64,000 bases of DNA, taken from assembly GCA_032718475.1 (NCBI GenBank), contig JAUCBJ010008877.1, positions 1-64,000 on the forward strand, read 5' to 3'. Positions within the stretch are counted from its first letter, which is position 1. Each line of letters starts with the position of its first letter. The notes beneath the pieces were generated by a model that worked only from the letters and a program-made list of their open reading frames with translations, searched no databases and was not told the origin of the DNA. The position numbers were made by a program, and so were the translations under genes. This document shows, one piece after another, positions 13,604-26,400 of the stretch. The DNA comes from Nemertoderma westbladi (taxonomy: Eukaryota; Animalia; Xenacoelomorpha).

Positions 13604-14694
13604 GGAAGCAGGACAATTCGGTCCCGGACAATTCGGTCCGGACAATTCGGTCCCGGACAATTCGGTCCCGGACAATTCGGTCCCATTAATTTTGTGTTTC
13701 AATTCGGTCCCAAAACATGCATATTAATGGGACCGAATTGTCCGGGACCGAATTGTCCGGGACCGAATTGTCCGGGACCGAATTGTCCAGGACCGAATTG
13801 TCCGGGACCAAATTTAATTGGTACTATATAATGGTAAATGTTCTAGAACCTTAATATATATTATTATATGGTAGCTAGTGTTTTTTTTATTAGCTAGTAT
13901 TCTTTTAAAAATAAAAAAAAATTACTTTTTTTTATAACATTATTAGTTATGGTAGGCCTAGCTATTATGGTGTTTTTATGGAGCTTGTTAATTATTTACT
14001 AGCTAGTAATAGTACCGGTATATATGTATTTAAAATGTTTAAAACAGATTTTTTTTATATATTGCGTAAGTATACTGTATGTGTTGTTGGTTGGTTAACA
14101 AACCTAAATTATTATCCTAGATAATAGCTGGATCTCATTCAGGGACTGTTATAATATCATCAATATTGTTGGTAATTAATATAATCAGCAACAGTTTAGG
14201 CCTAATTCTGAAATATCAATGTTTACACAAGTGTTTTAATAATTTCAAGGAAATGCTAGCTAGTAGCAAAAAACACTAGCTACACCTTAATAAATAATAT
14301 ATAACAATGTTCTCGAACACTACCAATAACGAAAATAAAAAAAATACAGTATTTTTAAAATTTCAAAAAATTCTAGCAAGTAAATAACACTAGCTACCAT
14401 AACAAATATCTCTACTAATGTTCTAGAACATTCACCAATATCAAAAAAGCACTAAAAAGTTGCTATCAGGAACCGGACAATTCGGTCCCGGACAATTCGG
14501 TCCCGGACAATTCGGTCCCGGACAATTCGGTCCTAGGACAATTCGGTCCTAGGACAATTCGGTCCCGGACAATTCGGTCCCGGACAATTCGGTCCCATTT
14601 ATTTAGTGTTTTGGGACCGAATTGTCCGGGACCGAATTGTCCGGGACCGAATTGTCCGGGACCGAATTGTCCGGGACCGAATTGTCCTACATCC
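13604..14694. mobile_element. Non-autonomous TIR transposon (Mutator- or Merlin-like) with GGACAATTCGGTCCC arrays
   Basis: Termini GGAAGCAGGAC...GTCCTACATCC; 8-bp TSD GTTCACAT (13596-13603, 14695-14702); 15-bp unit in forward plus inverted arrays at each end. Confidence 0.8.
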
Positions 14695-16893
14695 GTTCAC
14701 ATGGTTCTCCCAACTACTACTACTAGGTCGAGCGAACTCGGACAGTGGAAATGAGATCCTTCCAGGCTTCCCGATTCTCCATAGTTGTCGCAATTTCGTT
14801 TCTCCCAAGTTCAGTATCCCTTTCAAGTTGATCTACAGTCCCGCTCTCAAAAAGCATTCCTTTGATCAAACATTGATCAAACTTTGATCAAACATTGATC
14901 AAAGTTTGATCAAATATTGAAATGAACCAGGCTTATAAATCCTGCCATTGAGTTCTACCAAAGGCGCTGCACTTCAAAGTCTAGATTCCCACTGAGCCGT
15001 GTGTCAATCAAGCAGCCCTCTCTCTCTCTCTCTCGCTCTCCCTGTGTGTGTAATGCTCCATGTGCTCTGTAGGATGTCTGCAGAGCACACAGGACACCAC
15101 GTCCATATCATACCATAGGTTTGTACGCTATAGCCGTTATTTAATCCGCACCGCCTAGGTTATAATAATTTACAGCGATTATCAGAAAATAACAGCCCCA
15201 ATTGAATCTCCACTTGGCGGTGTGGTGGTAATGAAAGCAAGGGCGGGTAGGGGCTGTGTGGAGTTTAATTCTGAGTTACGCAATGTGTTGGTTGGGTGGA
15301 TGGCTACAATACATTATAATGGGGGGGGGGGGGATACATGGGAGGATACAATAATTGTATCCTGGCTGGCCAATGGCTAGATCCTGGGGGGGGGGGGGGG
15401 GGTAATATGAGAATATCCCTTGGTATTATTATATCAGTTGACATTGTGGCCTTCTGGCTGGCCACAAGTGGGAAATACGTTGCTTTCTTGTAAGGAGAAA
15501 TAATTGATTCGACAACAAATTATGTCATAGGGAGTACAGGAGTCAGCGGTCTCAGTGCTATTTGCTGTATATTATTAGCTTGGGGTGCCGACAGCGACAG
15601 ACCACTAACAAAGTAAAGGCATAGCATATGTAATATGGCTCTTAGCTTATGCAGCCCCAGCATGTAAAACCAATTATCTGCTGTGAAATGGAATTCCCCG
15701 AAATTTCGAAATTTACTAAAGGCTTCCCAAGAAATTAGACAGCCAACTATCCCATACACACACAGGAGGCCGCGAACCAACGAGATTGGCCCCCTTGCAC
15801 TGAGCTGGCCTGGTCACAAAAGAAAGTAATGTGTACTAAACAAATTTATTACACTGAACTTTCTTACTAAAATTTCAACATGGATGACTTTTCTGTTTGC
15901 CCAAAAACAATTAAACAGACGTTGTTCATGCACCACATAAGTCTGTAAGTGCTAACGCGGGATTTCCTTGGTAAAGTGACACCATACCAGTGATTTCTGA
16001 AAGTACCAATGTGCTAACTCAGTAACAGACTTTAGCAACATTTAGCAACACCAATTCTGCACCACCCGCAAGAGGGCTCAAGTGTTCTAAAGTGCTAACT
16101 TACTAAAAACACCAATAACAATAGTAATATTAGCAAAGTTAGGAGTTTGAAGTGATGGTATCTGTAAATCTTGGAAGATAATGATTAGGTGTTTTTGTGT
16201 TGAATATTTCAAGACACCACACATCATAAAATGCTAACTCATTATTCGTTCTTTGGGATGTGAAAGGATATTGAATATATTATAATATTAAATATGTAAT
16301 CATTTGTTTCAAAAATATCAATATTTATTTAGTTTCAACAACGTCAATAGAATCAAAATATTTATATTAAAATTTATGTAACATTACAGAACATAGTTTT
16401 TCTAATGTTTCTTATAGTGTTATTGATTGTTTGAAAATCAAGATGTTCAGAATAAATTTAAATTACATTATTTGAACGTTACAAATTGGTTGGTAACATT
16501 ATTTCAACGTTTCAAAATAATTATAAACTGAATTGGGGGGTGGGGGGGGGGGGGGGGGGGGGTGTACACACCAAATTTTATACTACCAAGTTTTTGCTAA
16601 TTTCATTTGTGAAAATGTTCTCAAACATATAAAATATGTTCAATTAAAATATTTTATAACGTTCTATATTTTTCATTTTCAAAATAAAATAGAGAATCCT
16701 AAAAAAATGTTCTCCTTTTTAAACAATAGAACATACATTTCTGCATTTCCAATCGCTGATTTCTCAGGCTACCAAAGGGGGTCAGAACCTTAATGCGCAT
16801 ATAAGACAATGAATGCTTGTATTTATGGATGTACAGTATGTTACCACTATATGATTTCTGCTGACTGGAATTATTTATTTCTGAAACACATTG

Positions 16894-18385
16894 TCATCTA
16901 TATTGTGATCTATGGTTGATTAAAAAGCAATAAACACAATAAACGCAATAAATAGAATGCTGTGCCGGCTTGACGACAAAATTGAGCCACCACAACTCCC
17001 TATCACCCATGACATTTGCTAGATCATCCGAATCTTCAAGGCCAGTGTCCTTTAAGATGCGTCTCAAGAAAGTCATGGGCTGTCCACCATGCTTATTCAC
17101 TCCATGAGGCTGCCAAAGTACAAGATTATGCACTGGCTGGTCCTCACGGCGAAAGCAATGTCCTGCAAAGCGGAGGCGATTTTGTTCTAGTGTCAAGCTT
17201 GGGGGAACCAATGAGACACCTCCAATGTTATATAGTGTCTGGTTGGAGATGTGTGCATTGTACTTGACACAATGAACCCGGCGTAGCATTCTTGTGAATG
17301 TGCCATCCAGAGATTTGGTATCCTCTGCAGTTAGAGCCCAGCATGGACTCCCATAGAGGAGTACTGGAACTACTGCTGCTCTAAATAATCGTACCTTAAG
17401 ATTCCGATTAATTCTATGTGACTTCCAAATCCTGGAAAGCCTATTCAAGGCTGCCCATGCCTTTCCCTTGCGTATTCGAAGGTCTCGCCTGACCTCCGGA
17501 TCCATGAACCCTGGTGACAGAAGTCGTCCACATGCTCAAGCATACCATCCTTTGAGCTTATGCTCATCCGGTCAGAGACTTGCTGATGACTTTCATAGTT
17601 AACTGTCAAAATTTTGGTCATTTTTGGAGTTAATAAAAAGACCAACACTAGAAGCAGCATGTTCTAATGAGCTGAGGAGCCGTTGGGCTCCCTCTAGTGA
17701 TTCTGAGAGTACTCCTAAGTCATCAGCAAAGTCTAGATCAGTTAGGTACTTGGCAGGTTTTCCTCGACTTCTGGAGCCAGTAGGTGGAGTTATCATCACC
17801 CCATCATCATTATGATGATCTAGTGACATGCTTATAGTCAACCATAATTATGAACAAGAATGGCGCAAGTGTGTCTCCCTGGAGGACGCCCCATAACACC
17901 TAAAGTGGTTCTGTGTCACCGTCAGCAGTAGACACAAATGTTGTCGAACCATCGTATACTGATCTGATTGCTGCAATGATTTCATCAGGAATCCCATATA
18001 ATGAAAGTATGCTGAACATACGTGAGCGAGAGACTGAATCAAAGGCCTTGAAGAAGTCAACAAAGATAACAGCCAGATGCCTGTCTTTCTTTTTTGATCA
18101 ATCTCTTCAATTATCCTTCTAAGTACCAAAATGGGCTCCATGGTCTCACGACCTTTAAGGAACCCATTCTGATTTCCAAGGAGCAGTCTCTAAATTTGAT
18201 CCAGAGGGATCAATGGGATCTAGATAAGCTTTAAACACTCAGGTATTTTAAAGACCTCAGGGGGACACCATCTACTCCACTACTGGCACGATTGGTCTTA
18301 ATGCCCTTTGCAGCAGCCTTCACTTCTGCAAAGGAGATATCGCCAATGGGAATATCTGGGAGTACAGACTCAGAACACTTTTACT
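16894..18385 (-). mobile_element. Second RTE-like LINE fragment (RT and C-terminal region), frameshifted
   Basis: QNGFLKGR, ILVLRRIIEE, DLDFADD, KAWAALNRLSRIWKS, VLLYGS, RLRFAGHC motifs across several frames. Confidence 0.85.
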
Positions 18386-20346
18386 TCTTTAAAGGTATCA
18401 GGCGATACCCTGTCATTGAATTAAATACACTGCATTCAGGGACATGGCTTATTGGTTTTATGTATGTATTTAGAGAGGTTTAAAGTTTTGACCTCGAAAA
18501 GACCGAGAATAGCAGCAGTGTGCAATAATGGGTAAGAGATTGGTGCCACATTTTCAAAATACTTGTAGCAATTCACGTTATACAGTAGCAGTATATGTAA
18601 AAAATAAAATTTGAGATTGCACGAAATTTGACATACAGAATGACCTCTCTATTTTCTGGAAAAGGAAACTTATTGCAAGGATTAAGGATTTAGAATAATA
18701 TATAATTATGAGAATAAATTAATTAATGGTTGTGATTATGTGCCATATTATTGAATGCTTTTATTAAGAAATCCATGAACTAGTTGCAAAGACATAGACG
18801 TTTAATATATGAATTGAATAGGCCTAATGTTAGCACTTTATGCTTTCTGTTGGCCGGTATTATTCATTTCAGAAACTCATAATCACCTCTTGTGATCTCG
18901 GCTTGATTAATAATCAATTTATTTCAATTTTAGTTATAAAACGCTAACATCTGGTCTGGCTTGCTATGCAATAATTATACAACAAAATTAGCCTTAAAGA
19001 GCTAACATTTAGAATATGTCTTATGGAGAAACTCTATAGTGCTAACAGTTATCACAGTTAGCACAGTTAACAGCTAACAGTAGGTGGAGTTATCATCACC
19101 CCATCATCATTATGATGATCTAGTTACATGCTTATAGTCAACCATAATTATGAACAAGAATGGCGCAAGTGTGTCTCCCTGGAGGACGCCCAATAACACC
19201 TAAAGTGGTTCTGTGTCACCGTCAGCAGTAGACATAAATGTTGTCGAACCATCGTATACTGATCTGATTGCTGCAATAATTTCATCAGGAATCCCATATA
19301 ATGAAAGTATGCTGAACATACGTGAGCGAGAGACTGAATCAAAGGCCTTGAAGAAGTCAACAAAGATAACAGCCAGATGCCTGTCTTTCTTTTTTGATCA
19401 ATCTCTTCAATTATCCTTCTAAGTACCAAAATGGGCTCCATGGTCTCACGACCTTTAAGGAACCCATTCTGATTTCCAAGGAGCAGTCTCTAAATGGGAT
19501 CCAGAGGGATCAATGGGATCTAGATAAGCTTTAAACACTCAGGTATTTTAAAGACCTCAGGGGGAACACCATCTACTCCACTGGCACGATTGGTCTTAAT
19601 GCTCTTTGCAGCAGCCTTCACTTCTGCAAAGGAGATATCGCCAATGGGAATATCTGGGAGTACAGACTCAGAACACTTTTACTTATTTAAAGGTATCAGG
19701 CGATACCCTGTCATTGAATTAAATACACTGCATTCAGGGACATGGCTTATTGGTTTTATGTATGTATTTAGAGAGGTTTAAAGTTTTGACCTCGAAAAGA
19801 CCAAGAATAGCAGCAGTGTGCAATAATGGGTAAGAGATTGGTGCCACATTTTCAAAATACTTGTAGCAATTCACGTTATACAGTAGCAGTATATGTAAAA
19901 AATAAAATTTGAGATTGCACGAAATTTGACATACAGAATGACCTCTATTTTCTGGAAAAGGAAACTTATTGCAAGGATTAAGGATTTAGAATAATATATA
20001 ATTATGAGAATAAATTAATTAATGGTTGTGTTATGTGCCATATTATTGAATGCTTTTATTAAGAAATCCATGAACTAGTTGCAAAGACATAGACGTTTAA
20101 TATATAAATTGAATAGGCCTAATGTTAGCACTTTATGCTTTCTGTTGGCCGGTATTATTCATTTCAGAAACTCATAATCACCTCTTGTGATCTCGGCTTG
20201 ATTAATAATCAATTTATTTCAATTTTAGTTATAAAACGCTAACATCTGGTCTGGCTTGCTATGCAATAATTATACAACAAAATTAGCCTTAAAGAGCTAA
20301 CATTTAGAATATGTCTTATGGAGAAACTCTATAGTGCTAACAGTTA
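17778..20346. repeat. 1.3-kb tandem duplication (LINE fragment plus flank)
   Basis: cagtaggtggagttatcatcacc starts at 17778 and 19078; the copies are near-identical and explain the duplicated ORFs 17848/19148 and 18292/19590. Confidence 0.92.
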
Positions 20347-23026
20347 GCACTTTACCTTTTTCAACAATTCTGAATCTGGTCGCTAGGGGGCAGTTGTTAA
20401 AATTTGTTGCTATTTGACGTTTTTAATTTGTGCTTGCAAAGGGGTCAAACTGCTAACACTTCGAAATGAGCCAATCGGAACCTGGAATTGTAGTCAACTT
20501 GTCTTAACAAATTTTTTTCAGGGAGTGTTAGCACTTTAGGTTAGCACTTTAAAACAGTTAGCACTTTACCATTGCAGGACTGCTGTTTGTTAGCACTTTA
20601 GTACTTCTAAAAACAGTATTTGTCTCGATATTAATTAAAATTTCTACCTTATCTCGCAAATAGTGGCGCAAGCTGGTCGCAAATAAAAAAGTTCTCCAGC
20701 GCAAATCGATCCCATATGAAATCTACTTTGGTTTATTGTTTTGGTTAGAAAACACCACCCCTTTAACCTGCTCCTTTCGATGTTTTACATTAATTTTTTG
20801 AAACTAATTGTAGCTGTACCAGTAACGGGCCTGTTCTCAGATACACTTGCGGTGACAGCACGGTGAAATCGCATACTGTCGCAGAAGAGCGATGTAAACT
20901 GTTACCTTGAAATCATTTCAATGTCATTTCAATATGAGACAGAAAGTCTGGAATTTCGGTCCATCGATTTCAAGGTCATTTCAATATGCCATCAATGTCA
21001 TTTCAATGTCAATGCTACTTTCAATGATATTCTATGGACACATTTTGATCAAACTTTGATCAATGTTTGATCAAAGTTTGATCAATGTTTGATCAAAGGC
21101 ATGCTTTTTGAGAGCGGGACTGTATATATGTTATGGCAGGTCGTCCACGACTACGCTTTCCATGAGTTGGTTGCCAGAGAAGTAGATCTGGTATGACCTC
21201 GTCTTTACTTCGCCAGCAGTGCCCACTGAATCTTAATCTGCGTTCACGAAGGGTGGTTGATACAGGTGGTATTGTACCATAAAGCTCGGCGTTTGTCATG
21301 TGTTGTCTCCAGTTGATGTTTAGGGCTGCCCTTAGTAGTCTTGTCCGTATAAAAATACACTTTCCACTGTGGCTCGAAAGAACTTAGTCTTCAGGTGCCT
21401 GGAGAGATCTGATTTCCAGATGGTATCCATTTTTGATAGAGCTACCCATACCCAAGCCTTTGCTTTCCTAACTTCTATGTCCTTTTTGCTACTCTCTATC
21501 CATGATCCAAGGTACTGGAAGTCATCGACCTTCCTTAGTTGATTATTATCAATGGTTGTCAAGTTTCCATCAACATTAAAGGTCATGAATTCGGTCTTGG
21601 TAGCATTTATATGCAATCCAACCTCCTTAGCAGCCCTCTCCACTTTATTTAGTAGAAGCTGTGCATCTGCTAGCGTATTAGAGAGCAGGGCGATGTCATC
21701 CGCAAAGTCGGTGTCTGTGACTGTAGTTGCCGGATATCTACTACTTCTGCGTTCTTGAAGTGTGAATCCCAGATCTTCACCCTTTGTGGCTGTCCTCATT
21801 GCGTAATCTAGCACAATTACAAATTAGTAATGGTAATAATGTGTCACCTTGCAGTACGCCAGCCAGGATTGAGAAAAACTCAGTTTCATCATCTGGTGAG
21901 AGTACCTGCGCTTCTGTGTCACAATATAACAATCCAATGCCAACAACAATTACTTCTGGTATTCCATAAGCTCTTAGGATTTCAAGCATTTTACCTCTAT
22001 GGATGGAGTCGAATGCCTTCTTGAAGTCCACAAAAGTCATGACTGCGGGGAGATTCTTTGACTTAATTCCTTCAATCAGTCTCCGTAGTGCAAGAATCTG
22101 AGCTATTGTTGATCTACTTATTCGAAATCCGTTTTGGCTCTTACGCAGTAGTTTCTCTATGTGTGGCCTAATCCTATATAGAATCATTTTATTCTATATT
22201 TTGGCAGCTACCACAAGCAGACAGATCCTACGATAGTTTGTTGGTATGCCGAGGTCTCCTTTCTTGGGGAGACCTCGGGGAGGCCAATTTAAGATCGTCC
22301 TTAGCTTTCTCAACCTTGTTAATGTTTTCGGTTGTTGGTTGTTCGGTTTTAACTTTGTAGGCTATCTTAAGATCTTCTCTCTTACAAGTAACCTCAGAGT
22401 TTTGCCATGGCACATACTGTTTTCGTTTAGGTTTCTGGGGGATATGCCTCTTAGCTGATTCCTTGTGGGCTGTTATTATATTCTGGTATATTGAATCGGT
22501 GGATTGGTCTTCATCCATTGACTGAAGTGCTTCAAAGCGGTTTTGAACTTCTACTGTATAAGCATCCTTTACAGCATTGTCAGTTCTGAGTTTCTCCCAG
22601 TCATAGTTGATTTGCTTGCTTGTCCTGGGTTTGCTGGCTCTCAAGCTGAGTCTGATCTCTGCAGTCACAATTCTGTGGTCCGAACCAATTAGGTTGAACG
22701 AGCTGTATGCCTCGCAGTTGATCATGCTATTTCTCCACTTTTTGTTTATAAGGATGTAATCCAGTTGTGCTTTTGGTTCCATTAGGGTATTGAAAGGTCC
22801 ATAGCTTCCCCTTACTCTTTTCGAATGTGTTGTTTGTTGGTATCAATTCACATTCTTCCATTAGGTTTAAAAGTAAGTGCCCATTTCTGTTAGAACTGGT
22901 GTTATAGGTGTAACCCTTGATGTCTTCTGGGCCAATTTGCGCATTCAGGTCACCAGCAATGACTTTAACATTGTGTTTCGGGATGTCCTTAATAAGTCCA
23001 GTCAGTTCTTCATAAAACTTGACTGC

Positions 23027-25735
23027 TTGTGGGGCGAGCCACGAAGTGAGTGAGCCTTAGCGTAGTGGTACCATTAATCAACCTGTCGTTCTGTCGTTCT
23101 GTCGTTCTGTCGTTCTGTCGTGTTCAATTTTAAACGTTAATAACTCGGCCAATCTTTGATGAAATCTATCCAAACTTGGTACACATGTTGTATGGCAAAA
23201 GTTTAGAAATTTTCCAAGTAGAATTTCCGTGTGGCCTTCGAGAAGCTAAGATAATAGCAGTTAATTAGTTAATTAAGTTGATTACGGTAAAAACACCATT
23301 TTCAACCTGCCTTTTAAAGGAAATTAATTGTTTTACAGTATAAGACTTCAATAATTATACTTAAAAAATATACAGATGTAATCCGCATACTCCATTCTAT
23401 TATAGTTTTTAATTAGTTCAAGTGATTTGCTTTAATAATCGTGTCTTTAATTGATCTAAAGTAATTAAACCGGCATAAAAAATGTATTCTCATTAAATAC
23501 TGCTCATTTATTGGTTAACATCCAAGTTGGCTTGATTCCCAGCAACACTTGAGGTATTCAGTCAGCCTTGCTTGTAAGAGGCAGACTGCTGCTGCTGCTA
23601 GTAGCCATCCATTCACTCACTCTCCATTGAACTGGCTGATTGGAGGTGTGTGTGTATCGGGTTCAATGACATTAATATTATTACTAAAGTAACGTCGGGA
23701 TGTTAATATTCACTGGAGCTATGAGTCTCTCTGGTTAGTTGAATGAATGAAATAAATAATTGTTTTACTGTTCCGAATATCAATGTTTATTTCTGTAGGC
23801 CAACTTACTGTATTATTATTTAATCTAAATGTACATAATAGTTTAAATAAATTATTTCACAATTTCATTCCAATTCATACTGCTTACGCAACCATGCTAA
23901 TTAGGTATATTAAATGGCAGGATTGTTTTTAATTAAAATTTTTACAGAGCAAACAAGTATATTGTATTTAACTGAAAGTTAATTTATTTCGGTAAGTAGG
24001 CCTTGCGGTTTGTTAGTTTAGTCAGTATAATAAGTATCAAATATATTACGTGCTGCTGTACAGTAAACGCGGCTTTGCGTTATTGAATTACAGAATTGGC
24101 GGTACAAAGTACATTAATAGGGATCAGGCATATTGCATTTATATAATTGTTGTTGTAAATGTACAATAATATGCGCCACTTTTATTTTAGTAACTGCAAT
24201 GTGTATTTCATTTGTACCTGCAACCCATTAAAAAGGGCAGCTGAACATATCGCGGACAGGCTGACTATTCACCATAACAAAAAAACCCAAATCGCCGCAG
24301 TTCCACTTACAGTTCCATATTATTCTGTTTTGCAATTCAACCCAATTTATCTGCTCTCTGCTACACGCGGTTTTATCCACGAGTTTTGTAAAGTCCCGAC
24401 TTATCGGGAATGACATGAACTTAGCGTCCGGAATATTCTGATCAGATTAAATCTACTTGGCGCTGTAATACTGCATCCCGTTGTACCAGAAGTTATTAAA
24501 ACATACCGGCCCCTCAAATGCGCTTGCAGTGGGTTAGAGAACAACATATACCGCCCCAGTACAACCGCTATTTTGATAAGGTCCAATATATAATATATAT
24601 ATATGGTCTAACATATGATAGTTCACTAATCAGCTAATAGGCCTATTAATTCGTGAGATTTCAATTTATAAATAAAACTAATATACGAGCTCATATGAGC
24701 TCAATTGATTGATTGATTGAAGGTATGACCGTTGTTGTGGGGGACTAGGTCTACCTGTCTAGCAGCTAATAACTCGTCCGTGGAGAGAATAATATAAGTC
24801 GAGGAACATAACGAAACGCGTTTAATTTATTTATTTATTCCAATTGGGGATGCTTTCTAACGCGGGAATGCGGTGCTATTAAACATCAACACATTCCTGC
24901 GCGTGCGTCGATATTGTGCACCCTAATACTAACAACCCACCCAGACACCCCCTACCCCTCACCCCCCCCCCCCCCCCATCACCCAACATTACTATGTATA
25001 GATCAATGCAGCTCAATATATTAGTAAAGGTATCGTCTGATTAGCTTTCCTACACATGACCTCTTATCCTTGTAGTTGTTTATTTATTTACACTATTTTT
25101 TGTTGAGTAAATCTTTCTGATAGGGGGGGGGGACTTACTCTGGACGAGCGCAACGATTGAACGACGCTTATAATAATTAAGACGAGTACGGCGTTGATTA
25201 TATTCATATACACCACCTGGCTTTGCATATTTAACGTGCGATTGGAAATAAGTTCGTTCTACCCTTCCGTGGGTGGTAGATGTCACGGTTATGTATTGGT
25301 GGTTGAGAAGGGTGGGGGGGGGGGGGGGGATTAAAAGGGGTGAACACGTACTGTCCCCCTTTCTTTGATTGATTGGTGGTGTGGGTAAATTTCTCAAAAC
25401 CTGATTTTGTGATACAGTCGCTTAATTTTAATTTGTATCTCATAACTGGACCTCGTGCTGCGCGAAGGCCCCACGAACGTGTTGTTATGTCTTGGACCGC
25501 GGGTAGATGAACTAGGCGGTCAGATATAATATAAAACATAATATCATAATAATAATATGTAATATGTCCGTATTATTAGTATCGTAATAATATACCAGTA
25601 TATCACAGTATCATGATGTCAGACACCGCGCTGTCTATAGCGCTAATAGGCCTAATTAATACCGTACTCCATCACCAGGTATAGGTCTATATATATATAT
25701 ATATATATGGGGCGAGCCATGTTATAGCTCTAGTG
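23027..25735 (+). mobile_element. Probable non-autonomous Helentron/DINE-1-like (HINE) element
   Basis: GGGGCGAGCCA near both ends (23031, 25709); (CTGTCGTT)n microsatellite near the 5' end; ataactcggcc..ccaaacttggtacaca core. It truncates the LINE on one side and a Gypsy LTR on the other. Confidence 0.5.
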
Positions 25736-26400
25736 TTTCTAGGGTTATGACATTGGGATATAACATCCCCCTTTCCTTCACGATCTTAAGAGTTTGGACT
25801 ATGTTAAGATCGAGTTTAGATAGGTATAGTAGTTGTATGTCCGAAACGAATAACTGGTGTCCGTGTTCGAGGGCTTCGTCGCAGAGATTCTGCTGCGGGA
25901 GAAATAGTTTCAGTTTGTGAATGTTTGGGGATATCGTTTGAAAGGTTGGAAGTTTCAGTGTCATCCGGTGATACGTAAGGACGGAGAAAACGGCGGTTGC
26001 GCCACCATACACGACCTGATGCCAGTTTAACCCGGTAATCTCGTCGAGTACCAACGCCCACAATTATTCCAACATTGGACCAGCGCCTGGTCCGTGGATC
26101 CTGAATCCATACACGAGTACCAACTTTAATTGGTCGGAGATCGCGAGCAGAATGGTTGTAGATATCCTTATTGTAGTCACGAAGATCAGCGGCACGTTTA
26201 TCAGCAATATCAGCTTGATCCAGCCAACATTGATTGTATCGGTTGTGGTGTGCCGGGATGCGAGATCGTAATAGGCGACCGAAAACGATCTCGTTGGGTG
26301 ATCGTCCATCAGCTTTCGGGGTATTGCGGAGTTCCAGTAGTCCATCCTGGAACTCTTCAGAATTGGTATCGTGGCGGGGAACCTTTGATGCAAGGTGTTT
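25735..26400 (-). mobile_element. Ty3/Gypsy fragment: integrase C-terminus, PPT and start of 3' LTR
   Basis: Minus-strand peptides LLELRNTP..GRSPNEIVFGRLLRSRIP and VGTRVWIQDP..RDYRVKLASGRVWWRNRRFLRP; PPT GAAGGAAAGGGGGA followed by TGTTA at 25765. Confidence 0.8.

Larger units (their letters stand above)
14836..21122. mobile_element. 6.3-kb non-autonomous Tc1/mariner-type TIR element carrying nested cargo
   Basis: ~78-bp TIRs starting CAGTCCCGCTCTCAAAAAGC with TTGATCAA repeats; TA TSD (14834-35, 21123-24); removing it restores the LINE reading frame exactly. No transposase ORF seen. Confidence 0.85.
14713..23028 (-). mobile_element. RTE-like LINE (APE + RT), decayed and split by a 6.3-kb TIR insertion
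   Basis: APE motifs (VIAGDLNAQIG, LDYILI, GSDH) and RT motifs (QNGFR, FVDFKKAFDSI, GVLQGD, DFADD) in 21123-23028. The C-terminus RPAITYI|DQLERDTELG...VRST* resumes at 14833 and ends in a (TAG)n tail at 14713-14725. Confidence 0.9.

Noticed and set aside
14599-14887. RDRIV / RTIRS repeat proteins
   Set aside because: Translations of the 15-bp transposon repeat.
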